Shown piece by piece: positions 1 through 10,283 of a stretch of DNA of 28,576 nt; within the stretch, counting starts at the first letter, position 1; every line of letters starts with the position of its first letter. The notes under the pieces were generated by a model that was not told where the DNA came from, ran no database searches, and saw nothing but the letters and a program-made list of their open reading frames with translations. Origin of the DNA: Fonticula alba ATCC 38817. Its lineage: Eukaryota > Protista > Nucleariida. A program made the translations under genes and the position numbers. Location: NCBI GenBank assembly GCA_000388065.2, contig KB932203.1. One strand, written 5' to 3'.

Positions 1-212
1 GGGTCCGGAGGGGCGGGGGGGCTTTATTCCCCAATTTCCAGCCGCCCCTCCCAGCCGCGGCCCCCCCCCCCCCCCCCCTCCGCCGTGTGTTTCCTCCCGC
101 TCGAATGGTCTGGCGGCCTTTCCCCTCCCCGGCGAACATGGTCCGGCCTCCCCTTGTCCCCGTTGTGCGGGACCGATGCCTTGACCGGGGTTGCCCGATC
201 CTCCCGGCGCAG

Positions 213-3200
213 GGGCTCCGCGCGTCCGAGTCCTTTTCGCTGTTGCGCTCGACCCTGGTCAACTTCTTCCCGGTGCACATGACCACCTTCACCGAGCTCA
301 GCCCTCCCGGGGCCTGGCTGGTGGACATCGAGCAGGGCGATTGTCGCCTGTCCCCGATGGAGAAGGCCGCCGTGGCCGTCGTGCGTGTGTGTCTCTTCGG
401 GGGCCTGACCGCGGGGTCGGTGGATTTGCCGGCCGCCCCGGCTGCCGGGACAGCCGGGGCGGCCGCCGCATCTGCGGCATCCGCCCTGCAGGGGCTCTTT
501 TCCGGCGCATCGGCCGGCCTGCGGCGCCTGCTCGGTCCCGGGAAAGAGCTGTCGCGCTCCTCGCTGGCGTACTTGCTGGAGCGGACGGGCACCGGGGTGT
601 CGGGCGCCTTTGAGGGGGCCCTTCGGCAGGCGCTGGCTCCGGTGGGCCTGCTGCCGGCCGGTTTGGCCATGGACCCGGTGTGGGCTCTGGCCGCGGCCTT
701 CTGGGCCTGCTTTGGTCACCTTCGGACCCCCGGGGCGCGGGAGCGCTGTCTGTCTCTCTGGCTGCGGGTGATCATGGCCGCCGGCACGCCGGGGTCCTTC
801 TTCCTTTCGCCGGCCACGACTCAGCTGCTGGACACGGTCATCTTCCTGGCGCAGTATATGGCCCCGGGGCTGGAGGACACCAGCAGCACGGCCGGTCTGG
901 GGCCCTTTGTCCTGTATGATCTCCTGGGCGAAGACCCGGTCACCAGCCGGGTGGTGCATGCCGAGTTGTGTCGCTTCACTCGCACCGACATGCAGTACGG
1001 ACTGGCCGAGGCTCAGCGGTCGTCTGGTGCGTCTTTCCCGGGCCCCCTCCCGGTCCCGCTTGTCCCGCCTGCTCCCTCGTCTCTCGTGGGCTTCCTCCTT
1101 TGGTCCTCCTTCGGCCCTGGGCTAACGGCTTCCCCTCTGCCCCCCCCCCTTTTTTTTTCTTGCGCTCGCGCATACCCAGACACCGATGCGCTCTTCGCCC
1201 ACCTGCAGCAGGCCGCTTACTTTGAAAGCGCCGCGGTGCCGAATGCCTACCTTCAGTCGCGCTCGGTCTTCTACTTGGCGCTGTTGCGTGCCTCCTTGTG
1301 CGTCTGACCATCCTGCGGTGCTACTGTCGATTATCCCTTCTCTCTTTCTCCCTCTTTCTCCCTCTTTCTCTCTCCTTCTCTCTCTCCTTCTCTCTCTCCT
1401 TCTCTCTCTTTCTCTCTCCTTCTCTCTCCTTCTCTCTCCTTCTCTCTCTTTCTCTCTCCTTCTCTCTCCTTCTCTCTCTTTCTCTCTCCTTCTCTCTCCT
1501 TCTCTCTCCCTCCCCCTCCCTCACCCTGCGTGATCCTGACCCTCGGCCTTCCCCCCCAGCCACTGCGAGATCTCCCTTTGCCGGCACCTCGCCCAAGTGG
1601 TCCGCACCCGAGCGTCCTCCCACTCGCCGGCGGACCTGACGCGGCGTCTCCGCCCGGAGGAAACCCGGGCTTTCAGCCAGTCGACTCTCCTCCTGTGGTT
1701 CCGCATGGCGACCCTTTGTCAGTTGGCGCCCGGTGCCCTGGTCGGGGCGCTGCCCTTCTGGCTGGGTGCCATGGCCATCTGGACACTGACCCCGGCTCGA
1801 CTGCTCGGCATCGATAGCCGGACCCCCATGCACTTGACATGGCTCGGGCCGGTTCTGCTCCAGGTCCACCGGACTCAAATGTCGGTCATCAACTGGACCG
1901 ACCCGCTGGCGCCGGTGCTGCAGGTGCTGGAGGAGGCTGTCAGCGCGGCCGCCGACCGCCGGGGCCCTCGGTCTCCCTTCCCGGTGCGCCTGTACAGCGC
2001 CCTGACGGACATCCTGAAGACGGCGCCCGAGGCGGCGGTGGCGCACTTCCGCACGGCCGAGGCCTTCTCGCCGGCCCTCTTCCGGGACTTCCTCCAGCCG
2101 GAGGAGCCTTTCCCCCAGTTGCTGGTGGCCCTGGGCCAGGTGCTGGCCGAGGCCGGGGCCGGCGGCGCAACGGCCCTGACCACCTCTGCCACGATCCCCA
2201 TCTTCCGGGACATCCTGGCCCGGTACTTTGCGGTGTGTCGCCTCTCCACCGAGGAGAGCCTTGCGGTTGATGGGAGCGCCGACGCCGACGCCGCCGCCGG
2301 CACGGTGGGCGACAAGGCGCCGGTGTGGGGGCTTTCGACCCGTGCCCTGCCGGCCCTCGGCCTGGCCATCGACTCGGCTGGCCTGTCGGTCGGGCTTCAG
2401 CCGCTGGCCGAGTCGGTGCTCGGGATGGCCGCACGCGGCCGGGGGCCGGGGGCCGGGGCCTCGGCCGCCGATCCCGGCGTCGCCCTGCCGGATGCCGATG
2501 TCCTGGCCGCCGTGCCGGAAGACCTGCGCTTGGATTCGCTGGGGCTCGAAGCCGCGGCGCCGGATCTCCTGCGCCGGTGCATGACCCGCGTGGCGGATGC
2601 CTACTTTGCCGGGCCCGGCCCCGAGGGGGAAGGCGGCCATGGCGCGGGCAGCGCCGACCAGGCCGGCATCGGCCAGCTGACCGTCGACCAATGCCTGGCC
2701 CGGCTGACGGATCTCTACAGCGAGCAGGTGGCCGCCCCCGGGTGGCAGGGCGAGGAAATGCACCGGGCCGCGGTGGCCAGCATCAATCGCCTGCATGGGA
2801 CCCTCCTGCCGGAGATGTACCACCTGAAGAGCGTGCCCATCCAGCTGACCAACAATTGCGAGTCCTGCGGCGGGACGGTGGTTTTCATGAACCGGCACGA
2901 GGTGCACCAGCTGAATGCGGACCATGCCCACGAGGCGCAGGAGATCCTCCTGCGCTTCAGTCGCATCGGCGCCTTCGTCGAGGCGGGCATGGACTCGACG
3001 GCCTTCCTGCCCGCGGCCCGGCAGATGGTCCGGCTGATGGAGCGCCTGGTCCAGGTGGCCGGGCCGATGGTCGAGCGCATTGCCGCCGCCCGCAGCATGA
3101 CCGACGCCGATGCCCGCATGGCCGACGCCCTGCTGACCTTCACGCGGGAGTTCATCAACGGGTGCGTGTCCGGTGCTCTGTGCCGCGGTGTCTTCTGCGC

Positions 3201-6200
3201 CCGGGGTGTTGTGCTTGGTGCCCATCTAGTGGCGTGCTGCTGGATGCTGATCTCCCCTGTTCCGTGCTCTTCTCCCTCTTTCTTCCCCGCCTTTCCCCGC
3301 TCGCCCTGATCCATGTCAACCATCTCCTGCCGTCGTCCTCACTTGCGCGATGCCCCCCTCCCCCCCCGACCACACCCTCGCCGGCAACCGGTGCCAGTAT
3401 CCGCGCGGCGCCATCCTCGCTGGCAGCCACCACCCTGCTGGCGGACGCCTTTGCCCGGCTGGTGGCGCCGTTGGCCCTGGCCTTGAAGTCGGCCCCGGTG
3501 GCCCGGCTGAACGCCTTCAGCGATGGCCTGCGGGATCTTGTGGCCGCGGAGATGCACTCGGCCAGGCTGACGCCCGGGGGCAGCGGCCCCGGGGCCGGGC
3601 GCGGCTCCGGCGGGGCCACCGGGCCGCTTGCGGCGCCGGCCGCCCTGGCCGCCCCCGGCGGGGGGACCTTCTTCGAGCGCCTGTCCGTCCTCGGGGACAT
3701 GATCACCGGGTCCCTGAGGCCGGGCTCGGCGGGGGCCGGCTCGCGTGCCGGGGCCCCCCACGTGGGGGCGTCCCTGTCCTCCTTCGACTTCCATGCGAGC
3801 CGGAACACGGCCCAGGCTCAGCGACTGCATGCCCTGTGGCCGGCGCTGGATCTGAACCGGACCCCGGAAGACCTGGCCCTCTGGCTGCCGAGCCTGCTGG
3901 AATTCGTGGATGGCCTGCCGGGCAACATGGGGGCCGAGTTCCTGACGGCCCCCCTGTCGCTGGTGCATTTCCTGCGGGATCTGGCCCCGTCCCACCGGGG
4001 CAGCGAGGTCCCCCGGAATGTGGCGTCCATCTTCGACTTGACCGGGGCGCGTCTGTTGAATCTGACCGAGGGCGATCTGGCCCGCGGGTCGACCGTGGTC
4101 CTGCTGGCCCTCACGGCCGAGCGCATCCTCTTCCACCATGGCCCGAGCACCGGGCGTCTGTTGGCCACGCTGGCCGGCAGCCAGCGCCCGGTGCACCAAG
4201 CCCTGCTGGTGGCCCTGCTCCAGGGGGTCGTGAGCCTGGTGCTGCGCCTGCTGCCGGCGGGGTTCCACTTCGGGCCGAGCGCGCTGGCGCTGGCGGTTGA
4301 CCCGGCCGCCAGGCGGGACCCTGTGGCCGCGGCCGCTTGGCCAACCCTGCCGGCCGGGCGCCCGAGGCCCTACTCGCGGGCCGAAGTGCCGGCCCAGCTG
4401 CTGGCCCAGTGCCTGGCCCAGTGCCTGGCGCATGTGGTGCCCATCTTGCGCGTGGCCCTGGGCCGGGGCGCGCTGAGCGAGCTGGCCGCCGGCCCGCCGG
4501 CCGCCACCGGCGAATTCGGCGCCACCACCTTCGAGGCGCAGGTGGGGGCCGTGGTGGCCGAGCACACCATGTCCCGGCGTCTGGGCCACCTGCTGCCGTC
4601 GCTGCTGCAGCTGGCCCTCATGCAGCACCTGATGGCGGCCCCGTGCCGGGGGTCGGCCTCGCCGCAGCCGCCACAGCCGCAGCATCAGCAGCTGCTCCTG
4701 CTGCACTTCCTGGATGCCTGGGTGGCGCCCCTCGGCGTGCATGGGCTTCTCCGGTACGCGGTCCTGGGGCCGGAGGCGGTGGCCGCCGCCGCCGCCCCGC
4801 CTCACGGCGCCGGGCCCACGCAGCCGCCCCTGAATGAGCTCGTCTCGTTCGTGGACCGGTCCTTCATGCCGTACTTCCTGGACCTCTCGACGCGGGTGGA
4901 CTGCCGGCGCATTGAGACGCCGCTGCTGGGCCTGCGGCAGACAGCCGGCGGGCGGGCCCCCCTGGCCCCGGCCGAGCGCCCCGCAGACAACTCCCTGGCC
5001 CGGGATGTCCTCAGCGCCGGGTGCCACACCCTGCTGGGGGATGCGCTGATCTTTGCCTTCGGCCCGGGGCTGCTGGCCCCGCAGCCGGAGGCCTTCATCG
5101 CGCGGATGGCCGGCCGGCGACGGGTGCTGGCGGCGGTGACCGCCTCTGCTGCGACCACGGCCGGCGCCGCCGCCGGCGCCGGCGCCGGCGCCGGTGCCGG
5201 TGCCGGTGCCGGCTTCGACGGGTGGAATGGCCCGGGGGGCAGCATCGCCGTGTGGCTTCTGGGCCTGGCGCGTCTGGACTACCGGGCCTTGGTGGCCCGG
5301 TGCACGGTGGCCGGCCCCGGGGCCGGGCCCGTGCCCCCGAGCCCGGACGAGGTGCTGCTCCTGCCGCGGCGGGCGCTGGCGGCGCAGCTGGCCGGCCTAG
5401 TGCCGAGCCTCGACCCGCCGGGGTCGCCCCCGGGTGGGTGCCCGGCCGGCGGGGCCTCCGCGCAGGCCATGGTGCGCAGCTGGTTCGGGAGTCTGGTGGC
5501 CGGGCCGGCGGAGGCCTGGCTCCGGGCCGGGGCCGATCCCCGGCGTCGCGTGGCCTCCCTGCCGGAGGACGCCTTCGCCTTGTTGGGGTCTCTGTCGGCG
5601 GCCGGGGGCGCCATGCCGGCGACGACCGGCGGCGATGGCGTGCTGGCTGACGCCAGGTACCTGGCCTGGGCGGCGGACTTCGCCCGGCGGGTGGCTCTGG
5701 CGGCCGGGCCGCTGTCCAATGCCCCGGGCATCTACCTGCCGCAGGTGCTGGGCATGGCGCTGTCGCACGTGCGCAACATGCTGGCCGGGTTCGCGTGGCG
5801 CGGCACGGCCCCCCCGCCGCGGGTCCTGCTCCCGGCGCGGGCGGCCCTGCTGGCCCTGCAGCAGGCCCTGGTGGAGGTGTTCCTGGCCGGGGGCAGCCCG
5901 GGGGCCGGGGGCCTGTGCGGCACTTGCGGCCGGGGCATCCGCCCTGGGCCCGGTGGCCCGGCCGCCTCGCCGGTGGCCCCCATCGACCCGGGGAAGTTGC
6001 GCGCCTGGGCCGCTCTCCTCCGGCCCCTGGTGCTGGATCTGCTGGTGGACATGCACCAGCTCGGGGTGCTGGCCGGCCTGCCGGGGGCCTTCTTCCGGCG
6101 TGGCGGCCAGACGCCCGGGCGGCTGCTGTGCGGGGGCTGTGCGACGGCGGCCACGGCGGCCACGGCGGCCACACCCGGCGCCACCGGTGGCCCCCCTGCC

Positions 6201-8595
6201 CTCCCGAAGCAGGGCCCGCTGGAGTTGGGCCTGTCCGCCGACTCGTGCGAGTATTGCCTGGCGGTGTGTCCGTTCGCGGCGCAGGCGGTCACCGGCGGTG
6301 CCGTGGCCGAGCTGTGGGCCGTGGTGCCGCCGCACCAGCCGCTGGATTTGGCGCCAGCCCTGCCGGCCGATCGCCTGGCGGCCGTGCTGCTGGCTGGGTC
6401 GGACTCGCTGGCCGAGAGGCCGGGGCTGCGCGAGCGCACCGCCCGGCTCTTTGCCCTGCTGGATCCGGTGGTCGTGGCGCAGGCCGGCGCGGCCGGACAG
6501 CCGAACGAGCCGCCGGGCCAGGCGGCGGCGGCGGTGGCGGCGGCGGCGTCGGCCGGGCTGCCGGCCCTCGGACAGGCCCTCATCCGGCACCTCCTGTGGG
6601 GCCCGCTGACCGGCCTGTACGGGCGGGGCCCGGGTGCCGGGGGCGGGGCCGAAGTGGCCGACACGATGGCCGCCGTTTGCCGGTCGCTCCGGGCCGGCGA
6701 GCCGGCGGTCGCCGGGGCGTCTCCCCTGCCGGCGGACATGGCCCTGGCCAGCCTCCTGGCGCTGGCTGGCATGGGCTGCCTGCCGGTGCTGGGCGCCGGG
6801 GACTTGGCATTGCCCGGGCAGCAGCTCTGCGGCAGCCCGGCCGGGGCGCCCCCGGCCGCGGGGCACCTGTGCCTGGCCACCCGGGCCCGCCAGCTGCTGG
6901 CCGGGCTGCTTACGCCGCCCGAGAGCTCCTTCTCGGATGAGTATCTGCGTGATGTCTTCCTCCAGATGCTCCCCCTGTCGCAGGTGTGTTGCAATCGCAA
7001 GGGCCGCCTTTGTCGCTCTTCTTCCCTCGGCCGCTCGCTGCCCGGGCCCCCGGCTGACCTCCCTTTCGCTCCTCCCTCGGACCCACTCGCTCGGCCTGCC
7101 GGTGTTCCGACCGCCAGCGCCTCTATCCGGATACGCACCAGCTGGTTGTCGCCGCGGCGCTCGAGCAGAGCAAGGGCCGTGGCACGCGGCTGATGCGCCT
7201 CCTCCCGGCCCTGGAGATGGCCCTCTTCCATCCGTACTCCTTCCTTGGTGCGTGTCCCGGGAGTTATGCCGTCGCCCGCCCCCCCCCTGCCTCCTAGTGT
7301 GCTCACCTGTTCCGGTGGCCCCTTCTCGCCTTTCCCGCCCCGCCCCGCCCGGCCCCGATCGCACTTCGTTGGGCCTGCCTCTTCCGCCGGCCAGACATGG
7401 CCAATTTGGCCTTCCGCGTGCCGGCCGAGCGCCCGTCCACGGCACAGCTCGCGCAGACCCCCCTCCTGCGCTTTGCATTCTACCAGGACGGGCTGGCCAG
7501 CCCGGACTCGCCGCTGCTGGCCTGCCCCGGCAGCAGCGTCCTCGCGGTTGGCTCGCATCCCGGGCTGGTGGAGATTCTGGCCCCGGGCTTGGCGACCGCC
7601 CTCCAGCGGGATCCCCTGCGTCCGATCCAGGCGGTGTACGCCTTCATGCTGGGGGTCAATGTGCTTGAGGTGCGCACACGCACAGACGCAGGCATGCGCG
7701 CGCGCATCTCCCGGCACGCGTGGGCTTGTCTGCGTCACCCTGCCCGCCTTCTGCCCCGTGTCTTTGCTCCGTGGTTCCTCTCTGCACATGCTCACTCACC
7801 CCTCCCCCCCCCCCTCTCTCTCCCGTGGAACATATGCGCTGGTTGGACATCCTCTCCTCATGCGCGCACCTAGTCACTCATTTGGCGCCAAGTCCACGCA
7901 AACCTCCCGCATCACACGTTCACGGCCTGCTTCAAGGTACGTGCGGCTGTCGGTGCCAATGCCGCAGGCTCGGCTGCCGCCCCCTTGTCACTCGATTCCC
8001 GTCTGTGGCTAACCTGCCCCCTGCCCCCCCCCCCCTTCCCCCTCGCTCCTGGCCACACATTGTCCCATGGGTCCTTCGCAGGCCATGGCGCCGGCCTATC
8101 TGCGGGCCGTCGCACACTTGGCCCCGCCCGGCAGCCCGCTCGAGCCCCTGCACCTGGGCTTCGCGGCCCTTCTGCTGCGTGTCGCCATCACCGAGGGTAG
8201 TACGCCGCCGGCCCTGCGGAGTCTCTACTTTGGTTCGTCCCCACCACCCAAGAAGCCCCCTTTTTTCTTCTCTCGCGAGCCTGCCCACCGACTCACCCAC
8301 CGTCCTCCTCTCGTGCCCCTCTCGCGCCCCCCCCCCCCCCCCCCCCCCCCCCTACGGGGCTACACTCACAGCCAAGGTCATTGCCGGGTTCCCGCTCTTC
8401 GCCCTGGGCATTCCCGGCGACAGCACGACCCAGCTGGCCGGGCCCAGCCTGCTGGATGAGATGCGGCGCTTCCGCCAGGCATTCGTCGGGCATCTGTTCA
8501 ACTACCCCCACTTCTTCGCCCCGCCGGCAGGGTACGGGCTTCTGACGGCCGAGGTGGCTACCGCCGTGAGCCAGCACCTGGAGGCCCAACGCTGA
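213..8595 (+). CDS. Large multi-exon alpha-helical protein, 5'-partial (>=2273 aa in window), tentatively EPG5-like. Exons 213-1026, 1180-1297, 1677-3161, 3398-6983, 7142-7247, 7395-7669, 7874-7936, 8082-8232, 8372-8595
   Basis: Nine exons bounded by GT..AG join with consistent phases (1,2,2,0,1,0,0,1) into 6822 nt ending at TGA 8593-8595. Introns are pyrimidine/poly-C rich with CTGAC/CTAAC/CTCAC branch-like motifs. The translation is Leu/Ala-rich amphipathic helices. The first exon has an acceptor (CAG 210-212), so the gene starts upstream. The EPG5 call rests on recalled resemblance of a few segments, not on a computed alignment. Confidence is for the coding model; the product name is about 0.4. 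Confidence 0.8.
1336..1520. repeat. Intronic CT-rich minisatellite, 10-bp unit TCTCTCTC(C/T)T
   Basis: Direct reading: about 12 tandem 10-mers at 1391-1508 inside a longer CT tract. It produces the spurious SL/ER-repeat ORFs in the track. Confidence 0.95.
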
Positions 8596-8659
8596 TGGCC
8601 CGCCTCTCGAAGGGCGTTCGCCCATGTCCAAAGATCACATGCACTCCCATCTAGGTCCG

Positions 8660-8665
8660 AATAAA
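8660..8665 (+). terminator. Candidate polyadenylation signal AATAAA of the large + strand gene
   Basis: AATAAA 65 nt after the stop codon in otherwise very GC-rich DNA. Confidence 0.55.
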
Positions 8666-9560
8666 CCCTCGGTCGATTGAGGTTCGCCGCCGGTGGCTCA
8701 AATGGGGGTTCGGCGGCTGGGGGCCGCATGCGTTGGCTCCTCCTCCACTGCCGGGGGACGGCCAGGCCCTGAGCACGGGCGCCCCGCCCCGCCCCCCCCC
8801 CTCCCCCGGCCCCCCTGGTCTGTGTGGGTGGGTGGGGGTGTCGTGTTCGTGGGAGGGTGGGTGGGGCTCAGCGCCTAGACAGGGGGGAGCCGGGACAAGG
8901 GCTGTCCGGCGATGACCGCACTGTGTCCGGGGGTCCTTCCGCGCGTCGCCCAGCGTTCGGTGTCTGTGTATGTGTGTGCGCCTCGAATATGGTCTGGCCC
9001 ACCTCCCCCCTCCCCCCCCTCGCCCGCGCTTTCGGCGGGGGGGGGGGGGGCGCGCCTGACGGAGCGATCGCCCGCGGCACACAGGTTCCCCCGGCGATCG
9101 GGGCGGGCGAGGGGTGCGTCCCGCACCTGGCCGTGACTGACATTCGATCGCCATCTCCCCCGCGCCCCGCTCCCCCCCGGGGGGGGGGGCGCCCCCCCCC
9201 CCCCCCCTCGGGAGGGATTGGGGCAGCGCACCCTCCACGACGCCGTGCGGCGGGCTGGGGGCACGGGTGCGCGTGTGTGTGTGCATGGGTGCCGCCGGCG
9301 CGCGCCGACCACCTTGGGGGTTCTCCTTGGCCAGATCGAGTGGCACCTTGCCGGCCGCCGCGGCCCGGGGACGGAGCGACGAGACTGGGCTGTGGAGGTC
9401 GCCGCCGGACTCGTTTCGGGGGCCGCTCCGGCCCAGGCGGGTGCTCCTGCGAACCGGCCGTGGTGCGTCCGTGCGCGCATGCCGCCGCACTGGGGAAGGG
9501 GGGACCGGGGGGGGGGGGGGGGGGGGCGGGAGGAGGCCAAGAGGGCACAGAGGAGAGCCA

Positions 9561-9754
9561 TGCTGGGCGAGTGGAGATGATGAACTGACAGGAAAGGCCC
9601 TTGTCCTTGACCATCTGGTCGCCGAGGAACTCGGCCAGACGCCGGGCCGTGCTGATGGACGTGGACTTTTGGTTGCCGTAGTCCTCGAGCGTGCGTGACA
9701 TGCTTCGATTCTCCGACAGCAGGTCGAGCACCTCGGAGTCCTCCATGTCACGGG
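9561..9754 (-). pseudogene. POLE: Isolated fragment (one exon, about 64 codons) of DNA polymerase epsilon catalytic subunit
   Basis: Translation [64 protein letters not shown] matches the conserved Pol2/POLE block ([40 protein letters not shown]). It is preceded on - by a poly-C tract and CAG acceptor (9755-9757). Similarity stops after ISTRPA; the expected PVTERAIP continuation and the upstream WLDVL motif are absent from the flanks. Confidence 0.85.
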
Positions 9755-10283
9755 CTGTGGCGTCCGGGCGAGAATGGGAAGGGGGGGGGGGGGGGGGGGG
9801 GGGGGGGGGAAGGCAAAGCACCGCGGGGCCATTTGCCCGCTGGCCGGAGGACCCTGGGTGCTGGAAGGTGCCCCGGCCCGGAGGCCGGTGCTCGGGGCCG
9901 GGGACCGGGGGTTATAGGGCCGTGGGAGGCACCTGCACCCGGCTCGGCAACCGCAGGGGGAGGGGGGACGGGCCCACACCCACGCACCCGTCTCCCCAGG
10001 GGCCGGGTGATGTGGTTTTTGGGCGGGCCACCCGCCCGGCCGGCCGGGAACCGGAGGAGGCCAACTCCGCGAGCCACCGAAACGTGTCCCCCCTCCCCCT
10101 CCCCCCCCCCGTTTCATTCGCCCTCTCCCCGGTTTGTCGCCGCCCCCTCTCTCCTCTTGTCCCTCGCCTCCTCGCGCGCCCTGTTGCTTGTCCCCTCTCC
10201 TCCTCCCCTCCCCCCCCCCCAGCACCGCCGCCCCGTCTCCGCGCCCTGACACTAATCCCCCTCGCGCCACCGGCAGGAACACC

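Noticed and set aside
8680-8720. tRNA-like words (GGTGGCTCAAATGG, GGTTCG) with a GCCGCC/GGCGGC stem
   Set aside because: Spacing is far too short, with no anticodon arm or cloverleaf.
99-9000. Short recurring motif CGAA(YA)TGGTCYGGC at about 100, 133 and 8984
   Set aside because: Degenerate 14-16-mers of this kind are expected by chance in 28 kb, and there is no extended similarity.
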